From contig OZ244207.1 in assembly GCA_965216875.1 (NCBI GenBank), positions 2,624,001-2,688,000 on the forward strand: a stretch of 64,000 nt of DNA. The letters are read 5' to 3'. The stretch comes from Rubripirellula sp. (lineage in GTDB: Bacteria; Planctomycetota; Planctomycetia; Pirellulales; Pirellulaceae). A program made the translations under genes and the position numbers. The notes under the pieces were generated by a model. The model saw only the letters and a list, made by a program, of their open reading frames with translations. It did no database searches and was not told the DNA's origin. The first letter of the stretch is position 1; each line of letters opens with the position of its first letter. Shown here piece by piece: positions 50,429 to 58,024 of this stretch.

Positions 50429-51894
50429 GATTCCTCAACCCCGTACTGTGGGGACGCTGGCTTGGAAACTTCCTCGTCCAATACACGCTATCGATTCCCT
50501 GGGGACGCGTCTCCCATGGCATTCCCGCCTTGCTCCTCGTCGCCTTACTTGGCAGCGGCTTGCTCATCACACTCGGCGATGGCACAGACTGGCGAAACCG
50601 TTTGCTCGACCAACGATTGGAAACCGCCTGGGAAAGTGACGACTATGAAACCACCGAGCTTATCGTTCGCCGGAAACTTACGCATGATCCTGATGACTCA
50701 GATTCGGTCTTTCAGTTGGGACTAACATTATGCGCAAAGGGCGACTATGAAAAAGGAACGCTTTTGCTGCGGCAGCTCGTCGAACACCACAAGCACGATG
50801 AAGCAGCGCTCTGGCTCTTAAAAGAAGAATATGACGGCAAGCCCTGGAAAGATCTCAGTGAGCAGCAGCGAGAGGAGCTCGGGATCATCTTATCCGTCTT
50901 GCATGGAGCGAATCCAAACGACTTTGGCGTCCAGACGATGTACGTCGAATACCTGATCGCGACCCAGCGTTACCCTCAGGCACTTCCGATCTTAGAAAAG
51001 CTTGCAATCACCGAACCGATGCGCGGACTGCAGGGAGCTGCGATCGCACGGCACCTTGGTCGCAACGCTTTAGCCGACCGGCTTGCAAAACGCACCCTTG
51101 AAGAGATGGCCAAGACTTCGCGCGAAGAACCGACCAATGCGAGCCTGGCCATGTCGGTTGCACAAAATCAATTGTTCCTTTTGCGACACGAAGACGCGAT
51201 CCAAACCTTGGCAATCGCAATTCGACGAGCGAAAAACAAGAACGATGAAAACAAGCTCCGATCGGCGATCGGCGATTCGTACGTCGCCTGGGTGCAGCAC
51301 ATTGAAACCACGCCATCTGAAAGCATCGCTGCGAAGCTCCGAATTCTGAAACTGCTCCAACAGGCACTTCAATTCGCTCCGCAAAATCAACGTGTCCTCG
51401 CTCTTGTCGCTGACCGCGTCCTGGCAAGTGCAGACGAAGACGAAGAAGAAATCGCAGAGATACGACGAGCCCTGATTGAAGGCACATCACCTGGAATTGC
51501 GCATTTCATTCAAGGCACGACCGCATTGCTCAAGGATGACAGCGCCAAGGCGATGACCCATCTCAAGATCGCTGCTGAGCTACTGCCAAACAGCGGCGCA
51601 ATCTTGAACAACCTCGCAGTCGCTCTGACCAAGCAAGGGGATGAGCATCTCGAAGAAGCCCTCAAGCTGTCCGACCAAGCGGTCTCGACGCTAAAAGTTC
51701 CGCCACCACACTTCTACGAAACACGCGGCCAGATCCGACTTCGCCTGGGAAAACACCTCGAAGCGATCCCTGATCTCGAACGCGCGCTTCAGCATCCCGA
51801 CCTCGCTCAAAAGGCACATGCGGCTTTGGCGGAGTGCTATGAGGCAATCGGCGATGAAGATCTCGCCAACGAACACCGCAAAAAGGCTGGGTAG
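50425..51894 (+). CDS. Membrane-anchored TPR protein
   Basis: N-terminal TM; TPR motifs ILNNLAVAL and ETRGQI...AIPDLERAL. Confidence 0.82.
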   Translation: MRFLNPVLWGRWLGNFLVQYTLSIPWGRVSHGIPALLLVALLGSGLLITLGDGTDWRNRLLDQRLETAWESDDYETTELIVRRKLTHDPDDSDSVFQLGLTLCAKGDYEKGTLLLRQLVEHHKHDEAALWLLKEEYDGKPWKDLSEQQREELGIILSVLHGANPNDFGVQTMYVEYLIATQRYPQALPILEKLAITEPMRGLQGAAIARHLGRNALADRLAKRTLEEMAKTSREEPTNASLAMSVAQNQLFLLRHEDAIQTLAIAIRRAKNKNDENKLRSAIGDSYVAWVQHIETTPSESIAAKLRILKLLQQALQFAPQNQRVLALVADRVLASADEDEEEIAEIRRALIEGTSPGIAHFIQGTTALLKDDSAKAMTHLKIAAELLPNSGAILNNLAVALTKQGDEHLEEALKLSDQAVSTLKVPPPHFYETRGQIRLRLGKHLEAIPDLERALQHPDLAQKAHAALAECYEAIGDEDLANEHRKKAG

Positions 51895-52046
51895 CGGGTG
51901 TTTCGTGACCATCTGTTCATGGTCAATTTGCTCGGATGCCGTTCCGTTGCCATTCGCAAGACTGGCTAAACAGCGTACGATCTCGTTTTTCGAGAACCGT
52001 TGTAAAACGAGCGCAAGCAACCAGAACGAGAACGGACATAGATTCA

Positions 52047-53036
52047 ATGAGCGGAGCAACAGACGCAACGGCACTCAAAGGCGCTCGGTGTTTGGTCACC
52101 GGCGGAGCTGGATTTATCGGGTCGCACATCGTCGATATGCTGCTCAAGCAAGGTGCCGATATTTCCGTCCTGGACAACTTCAGCACCGGCTACCGCAAAA
52201 ACCTTGATCACATCGATCCTGCCAAGATCAACTTGATCGAAGGGGATGCCGCCGACGAATCGATCGCGTCCACCGCAACCGAACGAGTCGATTTTGTTTT
52301 TCACCTCGCAGCAATGGCGAGCGTACCGCGCAGCATGCGCGAGCCCAGCCTTTGCCATGCGTGGTGTGCTACCAGCACTGTCAATCTGCTCAAAGGAGCA
52401 TCCGATGCTAGAGCCAAGCGGTTTGTGTTTGCCTCAACGAGCGCCGCGTATGGTGATTCAAGGTTTGTTGCCAAACGGGAGAGCGACCCGACGGCGCCAC
52501 TATCGCCTTACGCCAGCTCGAAGCTGTCTGGTGAATCCTATTGCAAGGCGTTCTCGCAAGGCTTTGGTTTGGAAACCGTTGTCCTTCGCTACTTTAACGT
52601 GTTTGGACCTCGGCAAGATCCAGAAAGCGAATACAGCGCGGTCATCCCACGTTTTGTTGCGATGATTTTGGCTGGGCAAGACCCAATCATTTACGGTGAT
52701 GGACAACAATCGCGAGATTTCGTTTTCGTGACCGATATCGCAAAAGCGAATCGACTTGCCGCGACCGTCGAAAGTGCGGCCGGCGGCACCTTCAACATCG
52801 GACGAGGTGAACGAACGACGCTGCTCGAATTGCTTAATGACCTACAAGAGATTCTCGGCCAGAAGATCTCACCCCAACACCACCCGCCGCGAGCTGGTGA
52901 CGTTCGTGACTCTTTGGCGGACATCACCGAGGCGCGTTCACGTTTGTGCTTCGAACCTGACGTGACGGTCAGGGACGGACTCAAGCAAAGCGTTGCCTAT
53001 TACCGCAGCCTCGTTGAGACCTCAGTTTCCAGCTAA
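52047..53036 (+). CDS. Extended SDR NDP-sugar 4-epimerase (GalE/WbpP-like)
   Basis: TGGAGFIGSH, SVPRS, PYASSK, RYFNVFGPRQDP and GDGQQSRDF motifs. Confidence 0.9.
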   Translation: MSGATDATALKGARCLVTGGAGFIGSHIVDMLLKQGADISVLDNFSTGYRKNLDHIDPAKINLIEGDAADESIASTATERVDFVFHLAAMASVPRSMREPSLCHAWCATSTVNLLKGASDARAKRFVFASTSAAYGDSRFVAKRESDPTAPLSPYASSKLSGESYCKAFSQGFGLETVVLRYFNVFGPRQDPESEYSAVIPRFVAMILAGQDPIIYGDGQQSRDFVFVTDIAKANRLAATVESAAGGTFNIGRGERTTLLELLNDLQEILGQKISPQHHPPRAGDVRDSLADITEARSRLCFEPDVTVRDGLKQSVAYYRSLVETSVSS

Positions 53037-53165
53037 CTTGCCTGAAAAACGCCGGTTTCCTGTGAGCCTGGGTCTGAAAAGGGTGTCTCGTATTGCAGGC
53101 GACCCCTAGATTCGGAACAAAAGGATGGGGATCGGGACGAAAAGTGCGAGAGCGGAATTGCCGCG

Positions 53166-53194
53166 TTGACCAAATCCAACTCGCCCGATAAATT
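53166..53194 (+). promoter_or_regulatory. Sigma70-type promoter of tRNA-His
   Basis: TTGACC - 17 bp - TAAATT, about 50 bp upstream of the tRNA. Confidence 0.65.
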
Positions 53195-53247
53195 TGCGTT
53201 CCGATTCGAAGGGGCAGCGACCCAAACGGTCGCATCCCAAGTATCGC

Positions 53248-53322
53248 GGTGGCTGTAGCTCAGTTGGTTAGAGCGTCGGATTGTGGTTCCGAAAGTCGGG
53301 GGTTCGAATCCCCTCAGCCACC
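53248..53322 (+). tRNA. tRNA-His(GTG)
   Basis: Cloverleaf: acceptor GTGGCTG/CAGCCAC, D-arm GCTC/GAGC, anticodon arm TCGGA-TTGTGGT-TCCGA, T-loop TTCGAAT; G-1:C73 His identity; CCA not encoded. Confidence 0.97.
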
Positions 53323-53354
53323 CTTGAAAACACGGCATTTCTGGCATGCTCAAT

Positions 53355-54560
53355 CTAGGCAGCTGCCAGCTGGTCACAAACTTGGTCACAAAGAATCGGC
53401 CCCAGATCCAGGCTCGGGGCCGACTCCCAAGCTTCTCGAATGGCGATCGCTGCAGCATCGGCATTCGAACCGACGTAGTATTTCATCGTCGTCTGAATCG
53501 ATTGGTGGCGCATCAGATGTTGAAGAATGGGCGGCATCACACGACTCGCCCAACGCTGTGCAAACGAGCGTCGCAGGTCGTGCGCGGTGGCATATTCACC
53601 AGCGGCCGTGATCACTCCTGCCGCCTCTCCCGCGTTTCCGAATTTTCTGCCAACCGCGTTGCTTGTCTGGTAGCGCCCTCTCAACCCCCTCGGGTTGAAA
53701 TACCATCCATCGACAGGCCTCGACCTTCGGAGGAACTCTGCGAAATCCGGCGTAATAGCGACCATTTGGTCCTTTCGATTCTTCTGCGAATTCAAGAACA
53801 TGATCGCGGGTCTATCAGAATCAAGATTCACAGGCCGGTGACAATCAGCGTTTGTAGCGTGCAATTGCATTGCCTCGCTGATCCGAAGCCCACTGAGCCA
53901 AAGCCCCTGGGCCATGTGCTGCCAACTTTCGACGTGATCAGCAATTTGCTTGTCATCAGAGAAGCTGGCGATGATCGCCTTAAACTCTACTTCCGTGATC
54001 GGACGCCCTCGCATTTCGCCGGACTCTTCAACGGCCCTTCCACGCCCCCTCGGCGTCGGGATCGTTGCCATCAGCCCAATACCTGCCGCCCAGGAAAGAC
54101 CAGACCTGAGCGTCGCCATTGCGCTGTCGACGGTATTTGGCTTGTTGCCCTTATCGAACAGTCTCTGCTCAACAGCTTCGAGCAACTCTGCAGTAACGTC
54201 ATCGAGCAGGGGCGTTTCAATTCCTCTCGCCTCAAATTCAGCGTCAACTTGGGCAACCACACCGGTCCACTTGTAGCGGTTGGATTTGGACGTGTGCCGC
54301 AGATAGCTCTTGGTGTACCTGGTTGTAAACGCATCCCAGCTCGTGCCCCTGGTCGGTTTGCGTTTCATGGGCTTGTCGATCGGATCCCCACCGTTGAGCC
54401 TTTCTTCAATCACGCCCGCCTCTCGGTATGCGGCCGATCGAGTCGATGCAGACGCTCGTTTTTGTCTCCGCCTGCCGGTTCTGGGGTCATCCCAACGCAA
54501 AACAAATCCACCTCTGTCTTTGCGTGCAGAAACCCAGACCCGAATTGGGTCGTCGTTCAT
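53355..54560 (-). CDS. int: Tyrosine recombinase (phage integrase)
   Basis: SGLRISE (R), QKNRK (K), HDLRRSF (HxxR), LMRHQSIQTTMKYY (H, Y); N-terminal arm-binding-like domain. Confidence 0.95.
   Translation of the reverse strand: MNDDPIRVWVSARKDRGGFVLRWDDPRTGRRRQKRASASTRSAAYREAGVIEERLNGGDPIDKPMKRKPTRGTSWDAFTTRYTKSYLRHTSKSNRYKWTGVVAQVDAEFEARGIETPLLDDVTAELLEAVEQRLFDKGNKPNTVDSAMATLRSGLSWAAGIGLMATIPTPRGRGRAVEESGEMRGRPITEVEFKAIIASFSDDKQIADHVESWQHMAQGLWLSGLRISEAMQLHATNADCHRPVNLDSDRPAIMFLNSQKNRKDQMVAITPDFAEFLRRSRPVDGWYFNPRGLRGRYQTSNAVGRKFGNAGEAAGVITAAGEYATAHDLRRSFAQRWASRVMPPILQHLMRHQSIQTTMKYYVGSNADAAAIAIREAWESAPSLDLGPILCDQVCDQLAAA
53371..53392. repeat. Tandem direct repeat TGGTCACAAA x2; putative integrase arm-type sites
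   Basis: Exact 10-mers at 53371-53380 and 53383-53392, about 50 bp from the tRNA end, inside the 3' end of int. Confidence 0.6.
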
Positions 54561-54583
54561 TGGTCACCTCGTTTAATTTGGCT

Positions 54584-54814
54584 TCAGCTACCTGCCTTGT
54601 CTTCTCGTCGTTGCTTGTGCGTTTTGGCTCTAAGTCGCATCGCCACTCGCACATCTTCGCCAGCCATCCACCAAACTTTCCCCCGCGGCTCATACGGGAT
54701 ATCCATCTCGTCGACCCAGTTCTTCATCGCTCGTTCAGTTGTGAACTCGAGCGGAACCATCAGATCGAGATGCGAATACGTTTCGCCATCCTTAATTGGG
54801 AACAGAAATGCCAT
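54584..54814 (-). CDS. Small basic protein upstream of int; putative excisionase / DNA-binding protein
   Basis: 76 aa; TERAMKNWV...IPY..RGKVWW resembles a MerR/Xis-type winged helix; position next to int. Confidence 0.55.
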   Translation of the reverse strand: MAFLFPIKDGETYSHLDLMVPLEFTTERAMKNWVDEMDIPYEPRGKVWWMAGEDVRVAMRLRAKTHKQRREDKAGS

Positions 54815-54827
54815 GAGCTAAATCCAT

Positions 54828-54856
54828 TTGATAAAGCCGCCGACAAGTGCTACCTT
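54828..54856 (+). promoter_or_regulatory. Sigma70-type promoter divergent from xis-int
   Basis: TTGATA - 17 bp - TACCTT with a TGn extended -10. Confidence 0.55.
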
Positions 54857-54862
54857 GGTGCA

Positions 54863-54992
54863 TAGCTTCAGCGGCCACCCTTAATGGGCTGGTTTGTTGA
54901 GGTTCTCAAAGCTGATCGTGGTCCTTCACTACGACGATCTGCTGCGAATTGCGTTAATCAGGGGATGTCGCTTGTCGGCGTGCCCTTTTTTT
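54863..54992 (+). ncRNA. Putative structured small RNA or attenuator leader
   Basis: Two G-U-containing hairpins after the promoter, then a terminator-like stem with T7. Confidence 0.4.
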
Positions 54993-55388
54993 GTGCGCGC
55001 AGCGATCTGGGGGTCCGCGAGAATGCGGTGAGATTGTGGCTGTGCGCAGTACCGCGCACGGCGAAACATCCATCATCTTTAACCTTCCGCTAGTGCAGCT
55101 AGTGGATGGTGATTTGGTGGGTGGGCTGGGTGAGCAGGTCAGAGCGCTCCCCAGCCACGCCGTCATTTCGACGCGATCCATGTTCTATCCGCCAATTGAC
55201 TCATGTCAACTATTGCCCCTGGCGGCATGAAGAGTTGGTCTGCCTAACCAACTAATCCGGGCCATCCGTTGCCCACCTTTGCCTTTCAGGTTTCGTGAAG
55301 ATACCGATTGGAAATGCTTGCATCAACTGTTTTTTGCGAAGATACTGCACGTTGTCGCGCAGAAACTGCAAATACTACAGGGGGCAAG

Positions 55389-55919
55389 ATGGACACTCTT
55401 ACAGCCGAAAAGGCCGCTGCACTCACCTATCCAAACGAGCCCGATGCCAACGGACGCGCCAAGCGATATTGGCAGAGACGAGCCTACTATTTTGGTGAGC
55501 ACAACTCTGCAAGAAGTTTCATACTGTTTGGGGAGTGGAAGCAGGAATTGATCGATACCGGTGAAGCGCCAGAAATGAAGCGTCTGCGCATTCGGATCGA
55601 TGCGCGGCATTCAACCGACACGGTATCGCACCTTCACAAATCCAAACGTCGCTGGCAAAAACTATTTGCTTGCGCTGTTGTAACCGTTTTCGGTATTGCG
55701 TCCATTCTCTTTTACTCATCAAGACTGCCCGCCGTTGTCGATGGTAAGGAACTGACAACGGACGAAGTTGTGCTCGTTCGAGGCATGCGAATGCACCGCG
55801 CCAGGGCCGATAAAAGAGAGGCCGATCCCGGACGGGCATCGCGCATCGCTGACAAACTACTGGCACTCAAGGAAGAGAGGCCAACAAATGAGCGTTTGCG
55901 GAAAACGAACGGTTCGTAG
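55389..55919 (+). CDS. Bitopic membrane protein with an integrase-arm-like N-terminal domain
   Basis: G-rich RBS before ATG 55389; GRAKRYWQRRAYYFGEHNS; single TM LFACAVVTVFGIASILFY. Confidence 0.65.
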   Translation: MDTLTAEKAAALTYPNEPDANGRAKRYWQRRAYYFGEHNSARSFILFGEWKQELIDTGEAPEMKRLRIRIDARHSTDTVSHLHKSKRRWQKLFACAVVTVFGIASILFYSSRLPAVVDGKELTTDEVVLVRGMRMHRARADKREADPGRASRIADKLLALKEERPTNERLRKTNGS

Positions 55920-56220
55920 ATTCATCGTCGCCACAAGCCTACTTTTTGCTGGCTACGTATCGGGCGGCTCCACCTTGTCAGGTTCACCATCTGATAAAAT
56001 GCCGATTGAACAATTGCGGCTCCGATTCGCTCAGGAGCAAAGCAGCAGCCCAGATTGCTCGGCCGAAGCAGCCGCCGTGGCCATAGCAGAGGTCGATTAT
56101 GAAAACGCAAGAGACGACCTCTACGACGCGTATGACGCCTACCACCAATGCCTATACGGTGGCAGCGGTAGCAGCCAAGAAATCCACATCTCAGCTGAGC
56201 ACTCGGTCCTAAAACGCTAG
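55888..56220 (+). CDS. Small exported protein with two Cys flanking an acidic helix
   Basis: GAGAGG RBS; signal-like KRTVRRFIVATSLLFAG; overlaps the upstream gene; terminator follows. Confidence 0.65.
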   Translation: MSVCGKRTVRRFIVATSLLFAGYVSGGSTLSGSPSDKMPIEQLRLRFAQEQSSSPDCSAEAAAVAIAEVDYENARDDLYDAYDAYHQCLYGGSGSSQEIHISAEHSVLKR

Positions 56221-56234
56221 CTGAATCCACTTCC

Positions 56235-56272
56235 GGGCCGCCTGGTTTCACTGCCGCTGGGCGGCCTTTTTT
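56235..56272 (+). terminator. Intrinsic terminator
   Basis: GGCCGCCTGG / CTGGGCGGCC stem plus T6. Confidence 0.75.
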
Positions 56273-56288
56273 CGTTTCCGCGGAAACG
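56273..56288. promoter_or_regulatory. 16-bp perfect palindrome CGTTTCCGCGGAAACG (parS-like), copy 1
   Basis: Perfect palindrome, repeated at 56828-56843. Confidence 0.55.
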
Positions 56289-56295
56289 CTGACGG

Positions 56296-56643
56296 TTAGC
56301 GAATGAAGTCCTCGTACAATCGCCGACCGACAATCCTGGCGAGCTCAGCGGCATCGACCTTAAATGATGGTTCGTCGCCTTCGTCCTCATGCTCGAACAG
56401 GATCACTTCCCCCCGCTCTGAGCTGTCGACCACGGCCATCGACACCCTGTGCTCCCGGCAGACCTCGACCATGGCATCAATGAATTTCGACCTTCTGATT
56501 TGTGTGCCGTACACGTAGTCCTCCAAGCGGTCTGCGATGTCGGACAGATACGCAGCGGTCGTCTCGCTGATCTCAGATTCACTTAACCTCTTCGACCGCG
56601 ATGCGTTCCGCAGGTCTTCTATGACTTCTCGTGTGGACTTCAC
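56296..56643 (-). CDS. Hypothetical phage protein
   Basis: 115 aa; strong GGAGGA RBS before the GTG start. Confidence 0.7.
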   Translation of the reverse strand: MKSTREVIEDLRNASRSKRLSESEISETTAAYLSDIADRLEDYVYGTQIRRSKFIDAMVEVCREHRVSMAVVDSSERGEVILFEHEDEGDEPSFKVDAAELARIVGRRLYEDFIR

Positions 56644-56787
56644 TTCGCTCCTCCCAATTGGAAAACGGACAGGGCCATAGTAGTCACGATGGAAGTCGAT
56701 GTTGCGAGTACCAATGCAGACTGCCTAAATTAAGCAGAAGAGAAACGGCGTCAGGGTCACCCCTGACACCGTCAAGGCGTCAAGTCT

Positions 56788-56824
56788 AGCCACACGACCA
56801 CCCACTTGGTCGTGTGGTTTTTTT
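56788..56824 (+). terminator. Intrinsic terminator with no + strand CDS upstream
   Basis: CCACACGACCA / TGGTCGTGTGG stem plus T7. Confidence 0.75.
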
Positions 56825-56825
56825 G

Positions 56826-56845
56826 TGCGTTTCCGCGGAAACGCA
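56826..56845. promoter_or_regulatory. 20-bp perfect palindrome TGCGTTTCCGCGGAAACGCA (parS-like), copy 2
   Basis: Perfect palindrome containing the same 16-mer as copy 1. Confidence 0.55.
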
Positions 56846-56878
56846 AATGTGAAACGGTGATTCACCATTTCACAATTA

Positions 56879-57115
56879 CTAGGCGGAATCGCCGCCAACC
56901 CTTCGCAGGGCAGCCTCGAGGCCTTCCACGATCTCTTTGGCCTGTGAAATGGTCAGTTTCGCCGCCAGAATGTCTTCGGGCCAATCCTGCGCAGTTTGCA
57001 AGTAGATGTCGCCGTCATGCGTGACAATCTGTATATAGATCTTTTGCTTGGGATCATCATCTCCCAATTGAGCTTCGATACCTTCCGGACGTTGACCAAG
57101 GAAAATCAATGACAT
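56879..57115 (-). CDS. Hypothetical protein (78 aa)
   Basis: GGGGAG RBS before ATG 57115; beta strands then an amphipathic C-terminal helix. Confidence 0.6.
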   Translation of the reverse strand: MSLIFLGQRPEGIEAQLGDDDPKQKIYIQIVTHDGDIYLQTAQDWPEDILAAKLTISQAKEIVEGLEAALRRVGGDSA

Positions 57116-57335
57116 GAGTGCTCCCCAAAACCTAACGCTCGTAGCGAAAGGGCCAAACTTGGTCGAAGCTGTACCGATCACGTCAGAGCGAGTGATTGAA
57201 CTGCGGCTTGGAAAGGAGAAAGTTCACCTCACAGCGACGGCAGCATCAAAGCTCGTCGACGACTGCATCAGCGCACTGGGAGTACACTTCCAATCGTTGC
57301 CCAACGAAACAACGCTGGTAGGCACACAAGCGTAG
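57114..57335 (+). CDS. Hypothetical protein (73 aa)
   Basis: AAGGA upstream; globular-looking sequence; terminator downstream. Confidence 0.5.
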   Translation: MSAPQNLTLVAKGPNLVEAVPITSERVIELRLGKEKVHLTATAASKLVDDCISALGVHFQSLPNETTLVGTQA

Positions 57336-57385
57336 AGGGCTACACTATTAATGGTCGCGTTTCACACTGCATGGAACCGACTCCT

Positions 57386-57419
57386 GAAAGCCGCCCCCGC
57401 AACGGGCGGCTTTCTTTTT
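57386..57419 (+). terminator. Intrinsic terminator, possibly bidirectional
   Basis: GAAAGCCGCCC / GGGCGGCTTTC stem plus TTTTT. Confidence 0.75.
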
Positions 57420-57503
57420 GCGATGACGATTAGACAACATGCGCGAGCCGTGGTCGAGCGGTGGGATGAAGAGGCTAGCTCTGGACCGACTCGCCTTGCA
57501 ATG

Positions 57504-57995
57504 CTAGCCGTCGCCGCGAAAAAGAGGTTGATCATGGCCTGTTTCGGGTCGCCCGATGACTGCGCGAATGCCATATCTGCCATTGAGTCGGCAAATATCT
57601 TTATCTTCGCTAATGATGTAGTCTGCGAGGTAATGATCTGCCGTCGAAACGACCAACGCGTCAGGTATTTTGAGCGTGAGGTCATCATTCTTTGCACGAC
57701 GACGCAGTTCCCCCGCTTCCATTGCAACGGGGACAGTCACGTCGAGTTGCTCGATCTCTGGCCGGTCAAGCATAGCTCGAAAATCGTGCAAATCGTCGCT
57801 GGGGCTGCATGCTATCTCTGCTGCGACAATCGCCGGAACGAGTAGAATTGCCTCACCTTTATCTACGCGTCGAACCCACCCACATATATGATAGCCCAAG
57901 TCTGCGTCAAGGTAGGTCATCGCAGGTACTTTTTCGCCCCTGATGGGCCAGGGGCCTACGGGAACACCCGAGCAAGTTCGCACACTTGCTTGCAT
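57504..57995 (-). CDS. PIN-domain (VapC-like) protein; N-terminus atypical and start uncertain
   Basis: VPAIVAAEI, VAMEAGELR, IPDALVVSTA and IISEDKD motifs. Confidence 0.75.
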   Translation of the reverse strand: MQASVRTCSGVPVGPWPIRGEKVPAMTYLDADLGYHICGWVRRVDKGEAILLVPAIVAAEIACSPSDDLHDFRAMLDRPEIEQLDVTVPVAMEAGELRRRAKNDDLTLKIPDALVVSTADHYLADYIISEDKDICRLNGRYGIRAVIGRPETGHDQPLFRGDG

Positions 57996-58024
57996 GCTGC
58001 AGGCTCAAAAAAAGAGATACGCGA

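Noticed and set aside
53322..53325. tRNA-His damaged by integration because CCA is missing
   Set aside because: The acceptor stem and C73 are intact, and many bacteria add CCA enzymatically
53346..54821. 491-aa + strand ORF antisense to int and xis
   Set aside because: No recognisable motifs, Arg/Ser/Pro-rich composition, and fully overlapping a clear integrase; most likely a GC-rich shadow ORF
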